Shown: piece after piece, positions 10,401-19,725 of the stretch
Numbering within the stretch: the stretch's first letter is position 1
How the letters are laid out: each line of letters begins with the position of its first letter
Source: Sphingobacteriaceae bacterium
Lineage (GTDB): Bacteria; Bacteroidota; Bacteroidia; Sphingobacteriales; Sphingobacteriaceae
Length of the DNA: 64,000 bases
Assembly (NCBI GenBank): GCA_947463785.1
Contig: CANHRG010000008.1
Coordinates: forward strand, 2,636-66,635
Direction: 5' to 3'
Notes under the pieces: model-generated
What the model saw: the letters and a program-made list of their open reading frames with translations, nothing else
What the model was told of the DNA's origin: nothing
Databases searched by the model: none
Position numbers and translations under genes: made by a program

Positions 10401-11657
10401 TTTTAAAGAAGCAGATTTCATGAATCTGCCACTGTTAGCCTGGGCATATGCTTCTTGTAATAAAATCAAAGATCCACTTACATTGGGCGATGACATCGAT
10501 GTACCGCTCAACGTGCCATATGCACTTACTCCGGTATTTATTGTAGAAGTTAAACTTACTCCCATCCCAACGATGTCCGGTTTAATTCTACCGTCATCGG
10601 TAGGCCCCCAACTGCTGAACGGAGCATTCTGTATTTGAGAAGGTGTAAATGGCCCATTTGGTAAACCGAAAATTGCACCAACCGTAAGAATGTTTTTTGC
10701 ATTTCCAGTTAACGAAATACAATCGTATGAATTGTTGTTGCTAATCTCTCCCTCTCCTCTTACAAATGACGTCCAGGTATTCCCAACCAGACGAAAATAG
10801 GTTCCACCAACTGCAGGGCCGTTTTGATTACGGTTATTTCCTGCAGATTTCACCGGTAGGTAATCGGGTGCTAAGTAACAGATCTCATCCAGTCGACGGG
10901 TTTCTTCGTCATAAAACCCAAATTTATAATCCTCTCGCTCTGTGGTTGCATTAGCTGTCCAAACACCATACCATTCCCAGCGGTTGTTTTGGCTGGTATT
11001 AACATTCCATCCTGATATGTATCCATATGAGTGATTAGAAAGCAATAAACCCGGAGCTTCAATTGCCATCTCTGCCAAGTCGGAGTTAAAATTATAGCTG
11101 ATCAGCTTAGGCAAATTGAAGGCCATGCCTTTAGCGGCAGGGTTGATTCCTCGAGCCATCATGGTTCCAGCAACGTGTGTAGCATGCTGACTTACCGATC
11201 CTGAAGTTTCTCTGTTGTCAATTCTGTTATCTGCAAATTCTTGGTGATATGCATAAACAGATCCGCCGTCCCAAATTCCAACTTTGTTGGTTAAAAAAGT
11301 AGATGAGCCACTTAACGAAAGGCCCAAGCCGCCTCCTTCGTATAACCGATCTGCTCTTGTTGTGGCTGCAGCAAAGGAATTATTGTAGGTTGTTAAGTAT
11401 AGCGGTTGGCCAGCTTCATCTAATCTCTGCAAAGAAACAACTCCCCCGTCTGCTAATTCTTTGAAAGTAGTCCAGCCCCATTTTTTTGCTTCTTTTGAAG
11501 CTTTCTCAAAGTTTCGTTGGTAGTCTAGTTTGTAAAACTTGGCTTGTTCTTCTAGTTTTTTCCGGTTAGTTCCAAATTCCTGACCGTAGCCGCAAAGCGG
11601 TAGAAGTACAGCTAGTACCATAAGTGATAAAAGCCCCTTTTTAGTAGTTCTTAACAT
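7494..11657 (-). CDS. Secreted S8 (subtilisin/kexin-like) serine peptidase with a P-domain, multiple Ig/CARDB-like domains and a T9SS C-terminal sorting domain
   Basis: Has a signal peptide and catalytic motifs GIWDGG (Asp), HATHVAGTM (His) and GTSMSSPNVSG (Ser). A P-domain-like segment follows (ATICWTDPPG...NDLDIRI). The C-terminal ~80 aa resemble a Por/T9SS tail (FPNPFDNLLNV...YFIKI). Confidence 0.88.
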   Translation of the reverse strand: MLRTTKKGLLSLMVLAVLLPLCGYGQEFGTNRKKLEEQAKFYKLDYQRNFEKASKEAKKWGWTTFKELADGGVVSLQRLDEAGQPLYLTTYNNSFAAATTRADRLYEGGGLGLSLSGSSTFLTNKVGIWDGGSVYAYHQEFADNRIDNRETSGSVSQHATHVAGTMMARGINPAAKGMAFNLPKLISYNFNSDLAEMAIEAPGLLLSNHSYGYISGWNVNTSQNNRWEWYGVWTANATTEREDYKFGFYDEETRRLDEICYLAPDYLPVKSAGNNRNQNGPAVGGTYFRLVGNTWTSFVRGEGEISNNNSYDCISLTGNAKNILTVGAIFGLPNGPFTPSQIQNAPFSSWGPTDDGRIKPDIVGMGVSLTSTINTGVSAYGTLSGTSMSSPNVSGSLILLQEAYAQANSGRFMKSASLKGLAIHTADEAGNVGPDYIYGWGLLNMERAAQVILNNGGKSRILEETLNQGATKTYTLVSSGNGPLKATICWTDPPGMANTANTVDERTLKLVNDLDIRITGVGGPYLPWVLDPEMPANPATIGDNFRDNVEQIVINNATPGRTYTLTVTHKTGTLIGASQAFSLILTGVGGGTYCSSGPTNSADSKITGLTLSNVNYSANNTTCTTYTDNTNQTIELEAGRTYPINLKLGTCGGNFDKAAKVYLDTNSDGDFTDANEELVTTGVINGNGEFNGSIVIPNSVVIDDFTLLRVVLVEGNNPALISSCGTYAKGETADFKVKFLKPSIDVGISGITDPITGVCANPGQTVTVKLKNFGSASVSNIPVSVVVKNGNTIVKTLTQTYTKALTAGEEAAFTLSGSFSAVAGVSYQFEATTSLTGDLDSRNNAKTANATISLPPSLSNVTVSNCSEAGTVALNATGSGNIFWYKAANDQLPIAYTIGSGTTNFTGTGINTYFAGINDFSGKLGPATNTVFNAGGYVNGNNPSVLVNTKVPIVLESAQLYIGNAGKITFTASRTDSGIEVSKVTLDVSPPGEVYNLNLLLPEAGDYTISISYEGGASIWRNNGGVSGYPFTIGGIFSITGNTATAAAPATFADFYYYFYDLKVRSAGCAGDGTRVAATAVSINPVITRNGNTLTSNITNGVQWLLNGQPITNASAATYSPTSPGNYSVKISAGSCNFFSNSILYGVDFPLAATNFRVSTTSKSCKTQNDGKISVTAALALNYTATLTLNTTNTTYKFVNTLDISNLNAGNYKLCISVDGNSDYKACFDLVITEPKDLSVSSETDLVTNTVSLALNGGDTYEVTLNGNTFKTASNLLSLPLKNGPNKLRVSTDKECQGIIEKTIYVADEVMIFPNPFDNLLNVTLGSNESGNRLVSIVDSSGQQVYKQTHEAFNGNMQLNLSYLKNGLYFIKIVNGNTEVISKILKR

Positions 11658-11782
11658 TTCTATTGGTAAATAATTCTTTAGCGAAAATATGTGGTTAGAT
11701 TGAACATTGCAAAGTACAAAAATGTTGTAACATTTTTCTTTTCTCGCTAATACAGAAACTGTTACATGAAAGTAAAAATGAC

Positions 11783-12178
11783 TTACAATTTATTGATGAT
11801 TTCTGCAGTAAGGGGTTTGCTGATAAAATAAGTGGCCGAGGGGTTGTTTTCTATCTGCTTTCGGTCTTGAGGATCTAAAGAAGAGGAGAGAATGTAAATT
11901 TTGATTGAACGTGGTAGTATCGTTGACATTCGCTCTATGGCATTTAAAAAGGCGAACCCATCAATTTCTGGCATCCTTAAGTCTAAAAAAATTACTTGAG
12001 GGATTCTGTTTGGGTTATGAACTTGGTTCTCAAGATATTCAATTGCCTTTACGGGGATCTCAAAAGTTAGAATTTCCCTTGCGAAACAAGTGGCTTGCAG
12101 TATACGTGTATGGATAATGTTGTCAATATAATTATCGTCAACCAACAGAGCCAGATCATATGTATACTCCTTAGGCAT
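11783..12178 (-). CDS. Single-domain response regulator (receiver only)
   Basis: CheY-like motifs are present: LLVDDN, the phospho-acceptor FLDLRMPEIDGF, and SKPL (conserved Lys). Confidence 0.85.
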   Translation of the reverse strand: MPKEYTYDLALLVDDNYIDNIIHTRILQATCFAREILTFEIPVKAIEYLENQVHNPNRIPQVIFLDLRMPEIDGFAFLNAIERMSTILPRSIKIYILSSSLDPQDRKQIENNPSATYFISKPLTAEIINKL

Positions 12179-12220
12179 ATTTACTATAAAATAATATGCC
12201 TCTAAGATAATATTTTTAAA

Positions 12221-13546
12221 TCAAAAGTTAATTATGCCTGCAATTTGCTTAAGTGCAGTTTCTGCTTGTTTAGCTTGGAATTTGGCATCGCTGTAACGAA
12301 CAAATGCATTCAGGTAGTTCAACTGGGCCTCCCGAAATTCCACGGGGCTTAAACTTCCTAAACGAAATTTTTCTAGAGAAATATCTAGATTTTGTTTGGC
12401 GATCTCTTGATTTTGTAATTCGAGTTTAACCAATTCTAGATTGGTTTTATAGGTTTGGTAAGCGATATTAAGCTGAGACGAAATGCGTAGCTGGGTTTGT
12501 TTGTACTGGATTAATGAATTATCCAGATTAATTGCCGCGTTTTTTTCGTTTCGGCTTTGCAGAAATCCGTTGAATAAAGGGACAGTTGCAGTAAGTCCGT
12601 AACTAAAACCACGTCCAGTTGCTTCTCTGGCAAAACCGAGGGCCGAAGTCGAGTTGTTAAACACGTATCCGGTAGTTACATTGACGGTTGGTAGCCGGTT
12701 GGCTCTCACCTGTTTTTGATTTAATCTGGCGATTTGCTGATTAATGCGGGCTTGTTGGATTTCAGGATTTTTGCTGTCTGTAGAGTTCTGCAAATCGCTA
12801 AAACTTAAATCCGACTGTATATCAATGCTATCTACCACGCTAAAAACAGTTTGAATATCACGAGCTAAAAGTTCATTCAACTGGATTTGGGTAGTTCTGA
12901 ATACGTCTTTTTGACGAAGTAAATTTGTGGTATCGGTATTCAAATCTACTCTTGCAGCCAATACCTCCAATTTGGATGCTTTTCCGATTTTGAAACGATT
13001 ATTTGCGTTTTTTAAACGCATTTGTGAAATTTCCAATGCGGTTTCTAACGATTGTATTTGCTGATTCTGTCTTACCAGATCGTAATAGGTGTTTAGCACA
13101 TTAGCGATGGTGTTTTCAACCGCCATTCTGAAATTCAGTTCGCCACTTGCTTGTATACGCTGTAAGCGTTCGTAATTGGCAAACATGGCCAAGCCATCAA
13201 AAATCCGCCAGTTTAAACTCACACCATAATTGGTATTCGTGTTTTTCGCATCATCTTGTTGTTGTTTGGTACCATTCGCCAGAGTTTGCTTACTATTTTG
13301 AATAGTGTTGTTGTTGCTGAAGTTTCCGTTTATGCTTGGCACCAAGCCAGCTGCTGCCAAACTCAGGTTATTTTTGGCTACTTCCTTTTGGTTCGCACTG
13401 AGTAAGATATCGTAATTGTTCTTTAAAGCAATTTCAACAGCCTCTTTCAATCCGAGTTTTTGCTGAGCCATAGTGTTCAGCCCAAAAAGTAGCAAAGTAA
13501 AAACTAACAGATATCGATTATAATAGCTTTTCATCATCGTATTCAT
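12221..13546 (-). CDS. TolC-family outer membrane efflux protein
   Basis: Has a signal peptide and a two-repeat coiled-coil/beta pattern typical of OMF proteins. It starts 1 nt after the RND gene stop. Confidence 0.88.
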   Translation of the reverse strand: MNTMMKSYYNRYLLVFTLLLFGLNTMAQQKLGLKEAVEIALKNNYDILLSANQKEVAKNNLSLAAAGLVPSINGNFSNNNTIQNSKQTLANGTKQQQDDAKNTNTNYGVSLNWRIFDGLAMFANYERLQRIQASGELNFRMAVENTIANVLNTYYDLVRQNQQIQSLETALEISQMRLKNANNRFKIGKASKLEVLAARVDLNTDTTNLLRQKDVFRTTQIQLNELLARDIQTVFSVVDSIDIQSDLSFSDLQNSTDSKNPEIQQARINQQIARLNQKQVRANRLPTVNVTTGYVFNNSTSALGFAREATGRGFSYGLTATVPLFNGFLQSRNEKNAAINLDNSLIQYKQTQLRISSQLNIAYQTYKTNLELVKLELQNQEIAKQNLDISLEKFRLGSLSPVEFREAQLNYLNAFVRYSDAKFQAKQAETALKQIAGIINF

Positions 13547-13547
13547 T

Positions 13548-16500
13548 TCACTGGGCTTGTTTTTTTACTGGTTTCGACCAAAGTTGGTAAATGGCCGGAA
13601 TCACATAGAGGGTAAGTGCAAGTGAAAATAATGTTCCACCAATTATGACAATACCCATACCCATTCTACTCTTGGCAGCAGCGCCAATTGCCAGGGCAAT
13701 TGGTAGGGCACCCAATGCGATGGCCAAACTGGTCATCAATATTGGGCGTAAGCGGGCTTCGGCAGCAATACGAATAGCATTCTGTACACTTTCACCTTTT
13801 TCTTTTAACTGATTCGCGAATTCTACAATTAGAATACCGTTTTTGGTTACCAAACCGATGAGCATGATGGTGCCGATTTGACTGAAGATATTCCAAGTTT
13901 GGCCAAACAGCCATAAGGAGAAAAATGCACCTGCAACTGCCATAGGTACGGTTAAGATGATAATTACCGGATCTACGAAGCTTTCAAATTGAGCAGCTAA
14001 AATCAGGTAAACCAAAATTAATGCCAGTCCGAAGGCAAACAAGGTGTTTGATGAGCTTTCTTTAAAGTCTCTCGATTCTCCACCCAAATCTGTTGAAAAG
14101 CTATCGTCTAATACTTTTTTCGAAATACGATCCATGGCGTCGATACCATCGCCAATACTTTTGCCTGGAGCCAAACCTGCCGAAACACTTGCAGAAACAA
14201 AACGGTTATTATGGTACAGCTGTGGCGGACTACTTTGTTCTTCAATGGTTACCAGGTTGTCTAACTGAATGAGTTCACCTTGGTTATTTCGAACAAAGAT
14301 GGATGTCAAATCGGTTGGATCATTACGGTCTTTTAAATCATACTGACCAATAACTTGGTATTGTTTGCCATTCATGATAAAATAAGCGAAACGCTGGCCA
14401 CTTAGTGCAAACTGTAGGGTTTGAGCAATGTCTAACACGGATACTCCAAGATTTTTTGCTTTTTCCCGATCAATAGACAAGTTGATTTCAGGTTTATTGA
14501 ACTTGAGATTTGCATCCGACATGGAGAAGGTTGGGTCTTGGGCAACCTCATCCATAAACAGCGGAAGTTTCTCTCGAAGCTTTTCAAAATTTGGGGCCTG
14601 AATAATGTAGTTGATCGGCAAGCCACCTCTTCGGTTAACAGAAATTGTGGGTTGTTGCAATACGGTAGTTTTAGCCTCCGAAAAGCTCTTGGTCATTTTG
14701 GTGAGCTTATCGGTAATTTCACTCTGGCTACGTTCTCTGCTATCTGGATCCACCAAACGCAATCTTACAAAACCCGTATTGGCTGCTCCACTACCCGCAA
14801 AACCCGGTGCTGTCACGGTCAGGTTAATTCGTTTTTCTGGTATGGAGTCTTCTACCATTTGCGATAATTTCAAAATGAAATTATCGGTATACTCATACGA
14901 AGCACCTTCAGGGGCACTAATTTGCATATTGATGGCACTTCTGTCATCGTATGGAGCAGTTTCTTTTTGAATAATTACCCAAAACAGTGCGATTAAGCCA
15001 ATACAGGCAATCACTATCAAGAAAGATCGTTTTGGTTTTTCTAAAAAGCGCTCTAAGGACTCTCTGTAGGAGCGATTCATTTGCTCAAAATACGGCTCAG
15101 TGATTTCGTAAAATTTACTTTTTTTCTGATGTCCACGCATTAAATAGGCGTTTAGCATCGGCGTTAAGGTTAACGATACAAAAGCCGAAATGAGCACTGC
15201 AGCTCCAATTACTACACCGAATTCTCGGAAAAGCCGCCCCACGAATCCTTCTAAGAAAATCACCGGAAGGAAAACAGCTGCAAGCGTTATGGAAATGGAA
15301 ATAACCGCAAAAAATATTTCGTTCGAACCTTTGATAGCCGCTTCAAATGGCGAATATCCTTCTTCCACCTTTTTGTAAATATTTTCGGTTACCACAATAC
15401 CATCATCCACCACCAGACCTGTTGCTAAAACAATTGCCAGAAGCGTAAGTACATTAATGGAAAACCCAAATAGGTACATGATGAAAAAAGTAGCCACCAA
15501 CGATACCGGAATATCAATTAATGGCCTAAAGGCAATACTCCAATCTCTAAAAAATACATAAATGATCAGGATAACCAGAATTAGCGAAAGCACAACAGTT
15601 TCGGCTACTTCATTGATAGATCTTTTAATGAAAACGGTGTTATCTATAACAATATCAATCTTGAAATCTTTCGGTAAATCTTTCTTTAACTGATCGAATC
15701 GTTTATAAAATTCGTCGGCAATATCCAGAAAGTTAGCACCCGGTTGTGGTACAAGTGCCATACCAATCATCGGTTTACCCGAAATGCGCAACATGGTTTC
15801 TTCGTTTTCGGCCGCAACACCCACATTTGCCACATCGCGTAAGCGAATAATATTTACGCCATCTTCCCTAATGATTAGATTGTTGAAATCATCTTCGCTG
15901 GTGAGGTTGCCCATGGTTTTTACCGAAAGCTCCGTGGCATTTCCGGTAATTTTACCTGAAGGAAGTTCAATGTTTTCGCGATCAAGAGCGTTTTTAATAT
16001 CCAATGCTGTAATCCGGTAAGCGGCCATTCGAGCAGGATCAATCCAGATACGCATGGCCATTCTTTTTTGCCCCCAGATTTGCACATTACTCACCCCCGG
16101 AATGGTTTGAATACGTTGAGCAATCACATTTTCAGCATAGTCACTCAATTCCAATTGGGTTCTTTTGCTGCTTTCGATGGTCATGGATAAAATGGACTCT
16201 GCATTTGCATCTGCTTTGGCAACTACCGGAAGTCCGTCGATGTCTTTTGGGAGCGAGCGAACCGCCTGCGAAACCCGGTCACGCACATCATTCGCCGCTT
16301 CTTCTAAATCTTTATTCAAATTGAACTCCACATTGATATTGCTGGAGCCTTGGTTACTGGAAGAAGAAATATTTTTTACGCCATCGATACTGTTGATCGC
16401 TTTTTCGAGCGGTTCGGTAATTTGCGATTCAATTACCTGAGCGTTGGCTCCCGGATAAGCCGTACGAACTGAAACTACCGGTGGATCAATGGATGGGAAT

Positions 16501-16607
16501 TCCCGAATACCCAAGAAATGAAATCCGATTATTCCGAACAAAACTAAGCTTAGGTTCATGACAATAGCCAGAACCGGACGTTTTATGCTGGTGCTTGATA
16601 AACTCAT
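13548..16607 (-). CDS. RND efflux transporter permease (AcrB/HAE1-like)
   Basis: 1019 aa with an RND N-terminus (IKRPVLAIVMNL...FPSIDPPVVSVRTAYPGA) and a 12-TM architecture with two large periplasmic loops. Confidence 0.93.
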   Translation of the reverse strand: MSLSSTSIKRPVLAIVMNLSLVLFGIIGFHFLGIREFPSIDPPVVSVRTAYPGANAQVIESQITEPLEKAINSIDGVKNISSSSNQGSSNINVEFNLNKDLEEAANDVRDRVSQAVRSLPKDIDGLPVVAKADANAESILSMTIESSKRTQLELSDYAENVIAQRIQTIPGVSNVQIWGQKRMAMRIWIDPARMAAYRITALDIKNALDRENIELPSGKITGNATELSVKTMGNLTSEDDFNNLIIREDGVNIIRLRDVANVGVAAENEETMLRISGKPMIGMALVPQPGANFLDIADEFYKRFDQLKKDLPKDFKIDIVIDNTVFIKRSINEVAETVVLSLILVILIIYVFFRDWSIAFRPLIDIPVSLVATFFIMYLFGFSINVLTLLAIVLATGLVVDDGIVVTENIYKKVEEGYSPFEAAIKGSNEIFFAVISISITLAAVFLPVIFLEGFVGRLFREFGVVIGAAVLISAFVSLTLTPMLNAYLMRGHQKKSKFYEITEPYFEQMNRSYRESLERFLEKPKRSFLIVIACIGLIALFWVIIQKETAPYDDRSAINMQISAPEGASYEYTDNFILKLSQMVEDSIPEKRINLTVTAPGFAGSGAANTGFVRLRLVDPDSRERSQSEITDKLTKMTKSFSEAKTTVLQQPTISVNRRGGLPINYIIQAPNFEKLREKLPLFMDEVAQDPTFSMSDANLKFNKPEINLSIDREKAKNLGVSVLDIAQTLQFALSGQRFAYFIMNGKQYQVIGQYDLKDRNDPTDLTSIFVRNNQGELIQLDNLVTIEEQSSPPQLYHNNRFVSASVSAGLAPGKSIGDGIDAMDRISKKVLDDSFSTDLGGESRDFKESSSNTLFAFGLALILVYLILAAQFESFVDPVIIILTVPMAVAGAFFSLWLFGQTWNIFSQIGTIMLIGLVTKNGILIVEFANQLKEKGESVQNAIRIAAEARLRPILMTSLAIALGALPIALAIGAAAKSRMGMGIVIIGGTLFSLALTLYVIPAIYQLWSKPVKKQAQ

Positions 16608-16611
16608 GACC

Positions 16612-17700
16612 TTAGTTTTTCAAGGTTACTTTAACCGGTGTTTCTGGTTTTAACGACATGATACCGGTGGTTAGCAAGGTGTCGCCAACCTTCAAACCCG
16701 AGAGTACCAAAACGTCCTTATCAGTTCTTGGTCCGGTTTCAATCATAACGGGTTTTGCCAAACCGTTTTCGCTGATGTACACTTGTTTACCTCTCAATAC
16801 CGGGATAATGGATTGCGTTGGAATTAGCAAAGCATCTTTAATGCGTTGAAGCGGTAAGTTTATTTTAGCAAAAGATCCCGGCAGTAAAACTCCTTTTGGG
16901 TTATTGGCAAGCGCTTTTAGTTGAAGCGTACGGGTAGTTGTTTCAATACCCGGCTCAATGGCATAAATTTTAGCCTGAAAGGTTTCGGTAGAACCGGCAA
17001 TGGTAAATTCAATTTGGCTATTCTTATCAATCTTACCAGCATATTTCTCCGGAACAGAGAAAGCAATTTTAACCTGATTGCTGTTTACCAAACGGGCAAT
17101 CGTGGCAGATGGCGTTAGGTATTCGCCTGCAGAAATACTCCGCAAGCCAATTCGTCCGCTGAAAGGAGCTTTTATGGCTGTTTTAGATAATTGTGCTCTA
17201 ATAAGTTCGGTTTGCGCTTTCAAAGAATTCAATTCGGCAAGGGCCACATCGTATTCTTCCTGACTAATTGCTTCTTTTTTGAGTAATTGTTTGGCTCTCG
17301 ATTCGGTTTCGGCAGCAAGCTTTTCTTTGCTCAAAGCTTGCTTCAACTGAGCCTGTAATTCGGTATCGTTCAACTTGACCAAAAGCTGGCCTTGAGTTAC
17401 GGTACTTCCTTCCTGAAAATAAATTCCTTTCACCAAGCCTGAAATTTCGGAGCGGATCTGAACCATTTCGCTCCCTTCAATAGATCCACTTAAGGACAAG
17501 CTGCTTTCGAAGTTTTGTGGCGCAATTACTACTCCATTAACTTTGCTTGGAGGCATCATACCGCCCTTCCCGCCTTTCATAGCACCCATTTTACCCCCTT
17601 TACCTTCGCTGCCCAGTTGTCGGTTTTTAGTAATCCGGTAAATAATGCCACTTGCCAATACCAGACCCAAAATTAAATAGATAATATTTTTACGTTTCAT
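16612..17700 (-). CDS. RND efflux periplasmic adaptor (membrane fusion protein)
   Basis: Has an N-terminal anchor, an alpha-hairpin (ELQAQLKQA...LNSLKAQTELIRAQL) and beta-barrel domains. It is the first gene of the MFP-RND-OMF operon. Confidence 0.9.
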   Translation of the reverse strand: MKRKNIIYLILGLVLASGIIYRITKNRQLGSEGKGGKMGAMKGGKGGMMPPSKVNGVVIAPQNFESSLSLSGSIEGSEMVQIRSEISGLVKGIYFQEGSTVTQGQLLVKLNDTELQAQLKQALSKEKLAAETESRAKQLLKKEAISQEEYDVALAELNSLKAQTELIRAQLSKTAIKAPFSGRIGLRSISAGEYLTPSATIARLVNSNQVKIAFSVPEKYAGKIDKNSQIEFTIAGSTETFQAKIYAIEPGIETTTRTLQLKALANNPKGVLLPGSFAKINLPLQRIKDALLIPTQSIIPVLRGKQVYISENGLAKPVMIETGPRTDKDVLVLSGLKVGDTLLTTGIMSLKPETPVKVTLKN

Positions 17701-17747
17701 GTAGAATAAATTGCGATGCTTTTGAGCAGATGAATGCAGAATTTTGA

Positions 17748-17755
17748 CAAAAATA
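17748..17755 (-). promoter_or_regulatory. Candidate Bacteroidetes -7 promoter box (TATTTTTG on the minus strand) for the efflux operon
   Basis: Exact TAnnTTTG match about 47 nt upstream of the MFP ATG (17700). Confidence 0.4.
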
Positions 17756-17840
17756 GGCTTTTATATCTTATAGCTAGGGACTGTATCCAATAATTTACAG
17801 GATTGCTACTTTTATCGTTTTACGATTTCATTATAAACTA

Positions 17841-17848
17841 TACTTTTG
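17841..17848 (+). promoter_or_regulatory. Candidate -7 promoter box (TACTTTTG) for the M61 peptidase gene
   Basis: Exact TAnnTTTG match 16 nt upstream of the ATG at 17865. It overlaps the TTG at 17850, which argues against that longer start. Confidence 0.45.
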
Positions 17849-17864
17849 TTTGAAAGAGCATATC

Positions 17865-19676
17865 ATGAAACAAATCTTTACCATTCGATACCATTTACTG
17901 ATCTTATTTATGACAGTTTTAACCAGTTCGGCATTCGCCCAAAGTGCTATTCACTTTGAAGTTTCATTTACCGAACCTCAGGCCCATTATGCCGATGTTC
18001 AAATGCAGATTTCAGGCAACAATCAAGAAGTGCTTGAAGTGAAAATGCCGGTTTGGGCACCAGGATCTTACCTCGTGAGGGAATTTGCTAAAAATGTGGA
18101 GGCTTTCTCTGCTACCGATGCAAAAGGTAACCAATTGGGTTTTCAAAAAACGACTAAAAACACCTGGCGTATCCAGGCGGCTAAAAAAGATAAAATTACA
18201 ATCAATTATAGGGTTTATGGCTTTGAAATTTCGGTTAGAACCAGTTTTATTGATGCATCACATGCCTTTTTATCTCCTACCGGGATTTTCATGTATCCGG
18301 CAGGTCAGGTACAAAAATCATCAACAGTAACTATCAAGCCTTTTCAGGGATGGAATCAAGTTTCTACAGGTTTAGAGCCGGTTATGGGGAAAGCCTTTAC
18401 GTATTTCGCCAGCAACTTTGATGTGCTTTACGATTCTCCAATTGAAGTGGGTACCCAGGATGTATTCGAATTTACTGCAGCCGGCGTACGTCATGAAGTA
18501 GCGATGTATGGAGGAGGCAATTACGACAAAGAGCGTTTAAAGGCAGATATGGCCAAGATTGTGGAAGAAACAACCGCGGTTTTTGGTGAAAATCCGAATA
18601 AGCATTATGTATTTATTGTGCACAATTATGCAAATGGCGGCGGCGGATTAGAGCATTTGAACTCCACAGTTTTGGGTGCTTCTAGAAATGGCTATTCTAA
18701 CCCGAACACTTATGAAGGATTTTTGAGTTTGGTAGCCCATGAGTATTTCCATTTGTGGAATGTGAAACGCATGCGCCCAATTGCTTTGGGTCCATTCAAC
18801 TATGACGAGGAGAATTACACCACGAATCTCTGGATTGCCGAGGGCTATACCGCCTATTACGATAACTTGTTTGTGCGTAGATCCGGCTTTACTTCACCAG
18901 ACCGATACCTCGATATCCTGTCTTCAGGAATGAGTTTGGTAGCCAATCAACCGGGTAGTTTGGTGCAGTCGGCCAGCGAGGCCAGCTTCGATGCCTGGAT
19001 CAAGCAGTACCGTCCGAATGAAAACTCACGCAACTCCAGCATATCGTACTACGACAAGGGTGCTATCATTGCCATGCTGATGGATTTAGAGTTACTGAAA
19101 GCTACAGGAGGTAAAAAAGGTCTTGACGATGTGATGAAGGCTGTTTACGATGAATATTATAAAAAACTGGGTCGCGGCTATACCGATGCCGAGTTCAAAG
19201 CCATGGCAGAAAAAATCGCAGGCAAATCGTTCGATCAGTTTTACAAAGATTATGTGGATGGGGTTAAAGCACCAGATTATACTCAATATCTGTCCTACGC
19301 CGGTTACACAATTTCAGACGATTTTGCACAACGTAACGAATCGTATTTGGGTGCAACAACCGTGGTTAGAGATGGCCGAATTTTAGTCACATCAGTTTTG
19401 AGAGATAGCCCGGCTTGGAAATTTGGCATCAATGTAAATGATGAGATTAAAAGTGTGGATGGACAGAAATTAGATCCGACTCCACGCGAATTGGATAGAC
19501 TAATTGCAAGCAAGCCAATAGGTTCAACTGTTCAGGTAGATATTATTCGCGATGGTTTAGCTAAAAACCTACAAGTGACGCTAAGCCGTAATCCTGCTGT
19601 AAAATACCGAATTGTTTCGGTCGAAAATCCTAGTGCCGAACAATTGGCTGTTCGTAAAAAATGGCTTAAGCTTTAA
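17865..19676 (+). CDS. M61 family glycyl aminopeptidase with a C-terminal PDZ domain
   Basis: Has a signal peptide (MKQIF...AFAQ), the zinc motif HEYFHLWN and a PDZ-like C-terminus (GATTVVRDGRILVTSVLRDSPAWKFGINVNDEI). Confidence 0.85.
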   Translation: MKQIFTIRYHLLILFMTVLTSSAFAQSAIHFEVSFTEPQAHYADVQMQISGNNQEVLEVKMPVWAPGSYLVREFAKNVEAFSATDAKGNQLGFQKTTKNTWRIQAAKKDKITINYRVYGFEISVRTSFIDASHAFLSPTGIFMYPAGQVQKSSTVTIKPFQGWNQVSTGLEPVMGKAFTYFASNFDVLYDSPIEVGTQDVFEFTAAGVRHEVAMYGGGNYDKERLKADMAKIVEETTAVFGENPNKHYVFIVHNYANGGGGLEHLNSTVLGASRNGYSNPNTYEGFLSLVAHEYFHLWNVKRMRPIALGPFNYDEENYTTNLWIAEGYTAYYDNLFVRRSGFTSPDRYLDILSSGMSLVANQPGSLVQSASEASFDAWIKQYRPNENSRNSSISYYDKGAIIAMLMDLELLKATGGKKGLDDVMKAVYDEYYKKLGRGYTDAEFKAMAEKIAGKSFDQFYKDYVDGVKAPDYTQYLSYAGYTISDDFAQRNESYLGATTVVRDGRILVTSVLRDSPAWKFGINVNDEIKSVDGQKLDPTPRELDRLIASKPIGSTVQVDIIRDGLAKNLQVTLSRNPAVKYRIVSVENPSAEQLAVRKKWLKL

Positions 19677-19684
19677 TTCAATAC

Positions 19685-19718
19685 AAAACGGCCTCTTCAT
19701 TACAAGAGGCCGTTTTTT
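19685..19718. terminator. Bidirectional rho-independent terminator
   Basis: AAAAC-GGCCTCTT / loop CATTAC / AAGAGGCC-GTTTT followed by a T-run. It lies between convergent genes. Confidence 0.8.
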
Positions 19719-19725
19719 GTTTGTG

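Noticed and set aside
11719-11736. A perfect AT-only inverted repeat, AAAATGTT-GT-AACATTTT, between the receiver gene and the S8 protease gene.
   Set aside because: It is too AT-rich and too short to be a credible terminator, and short palindromes are common in AT-rich spacers. It might be an operator, but nothing else supports that.
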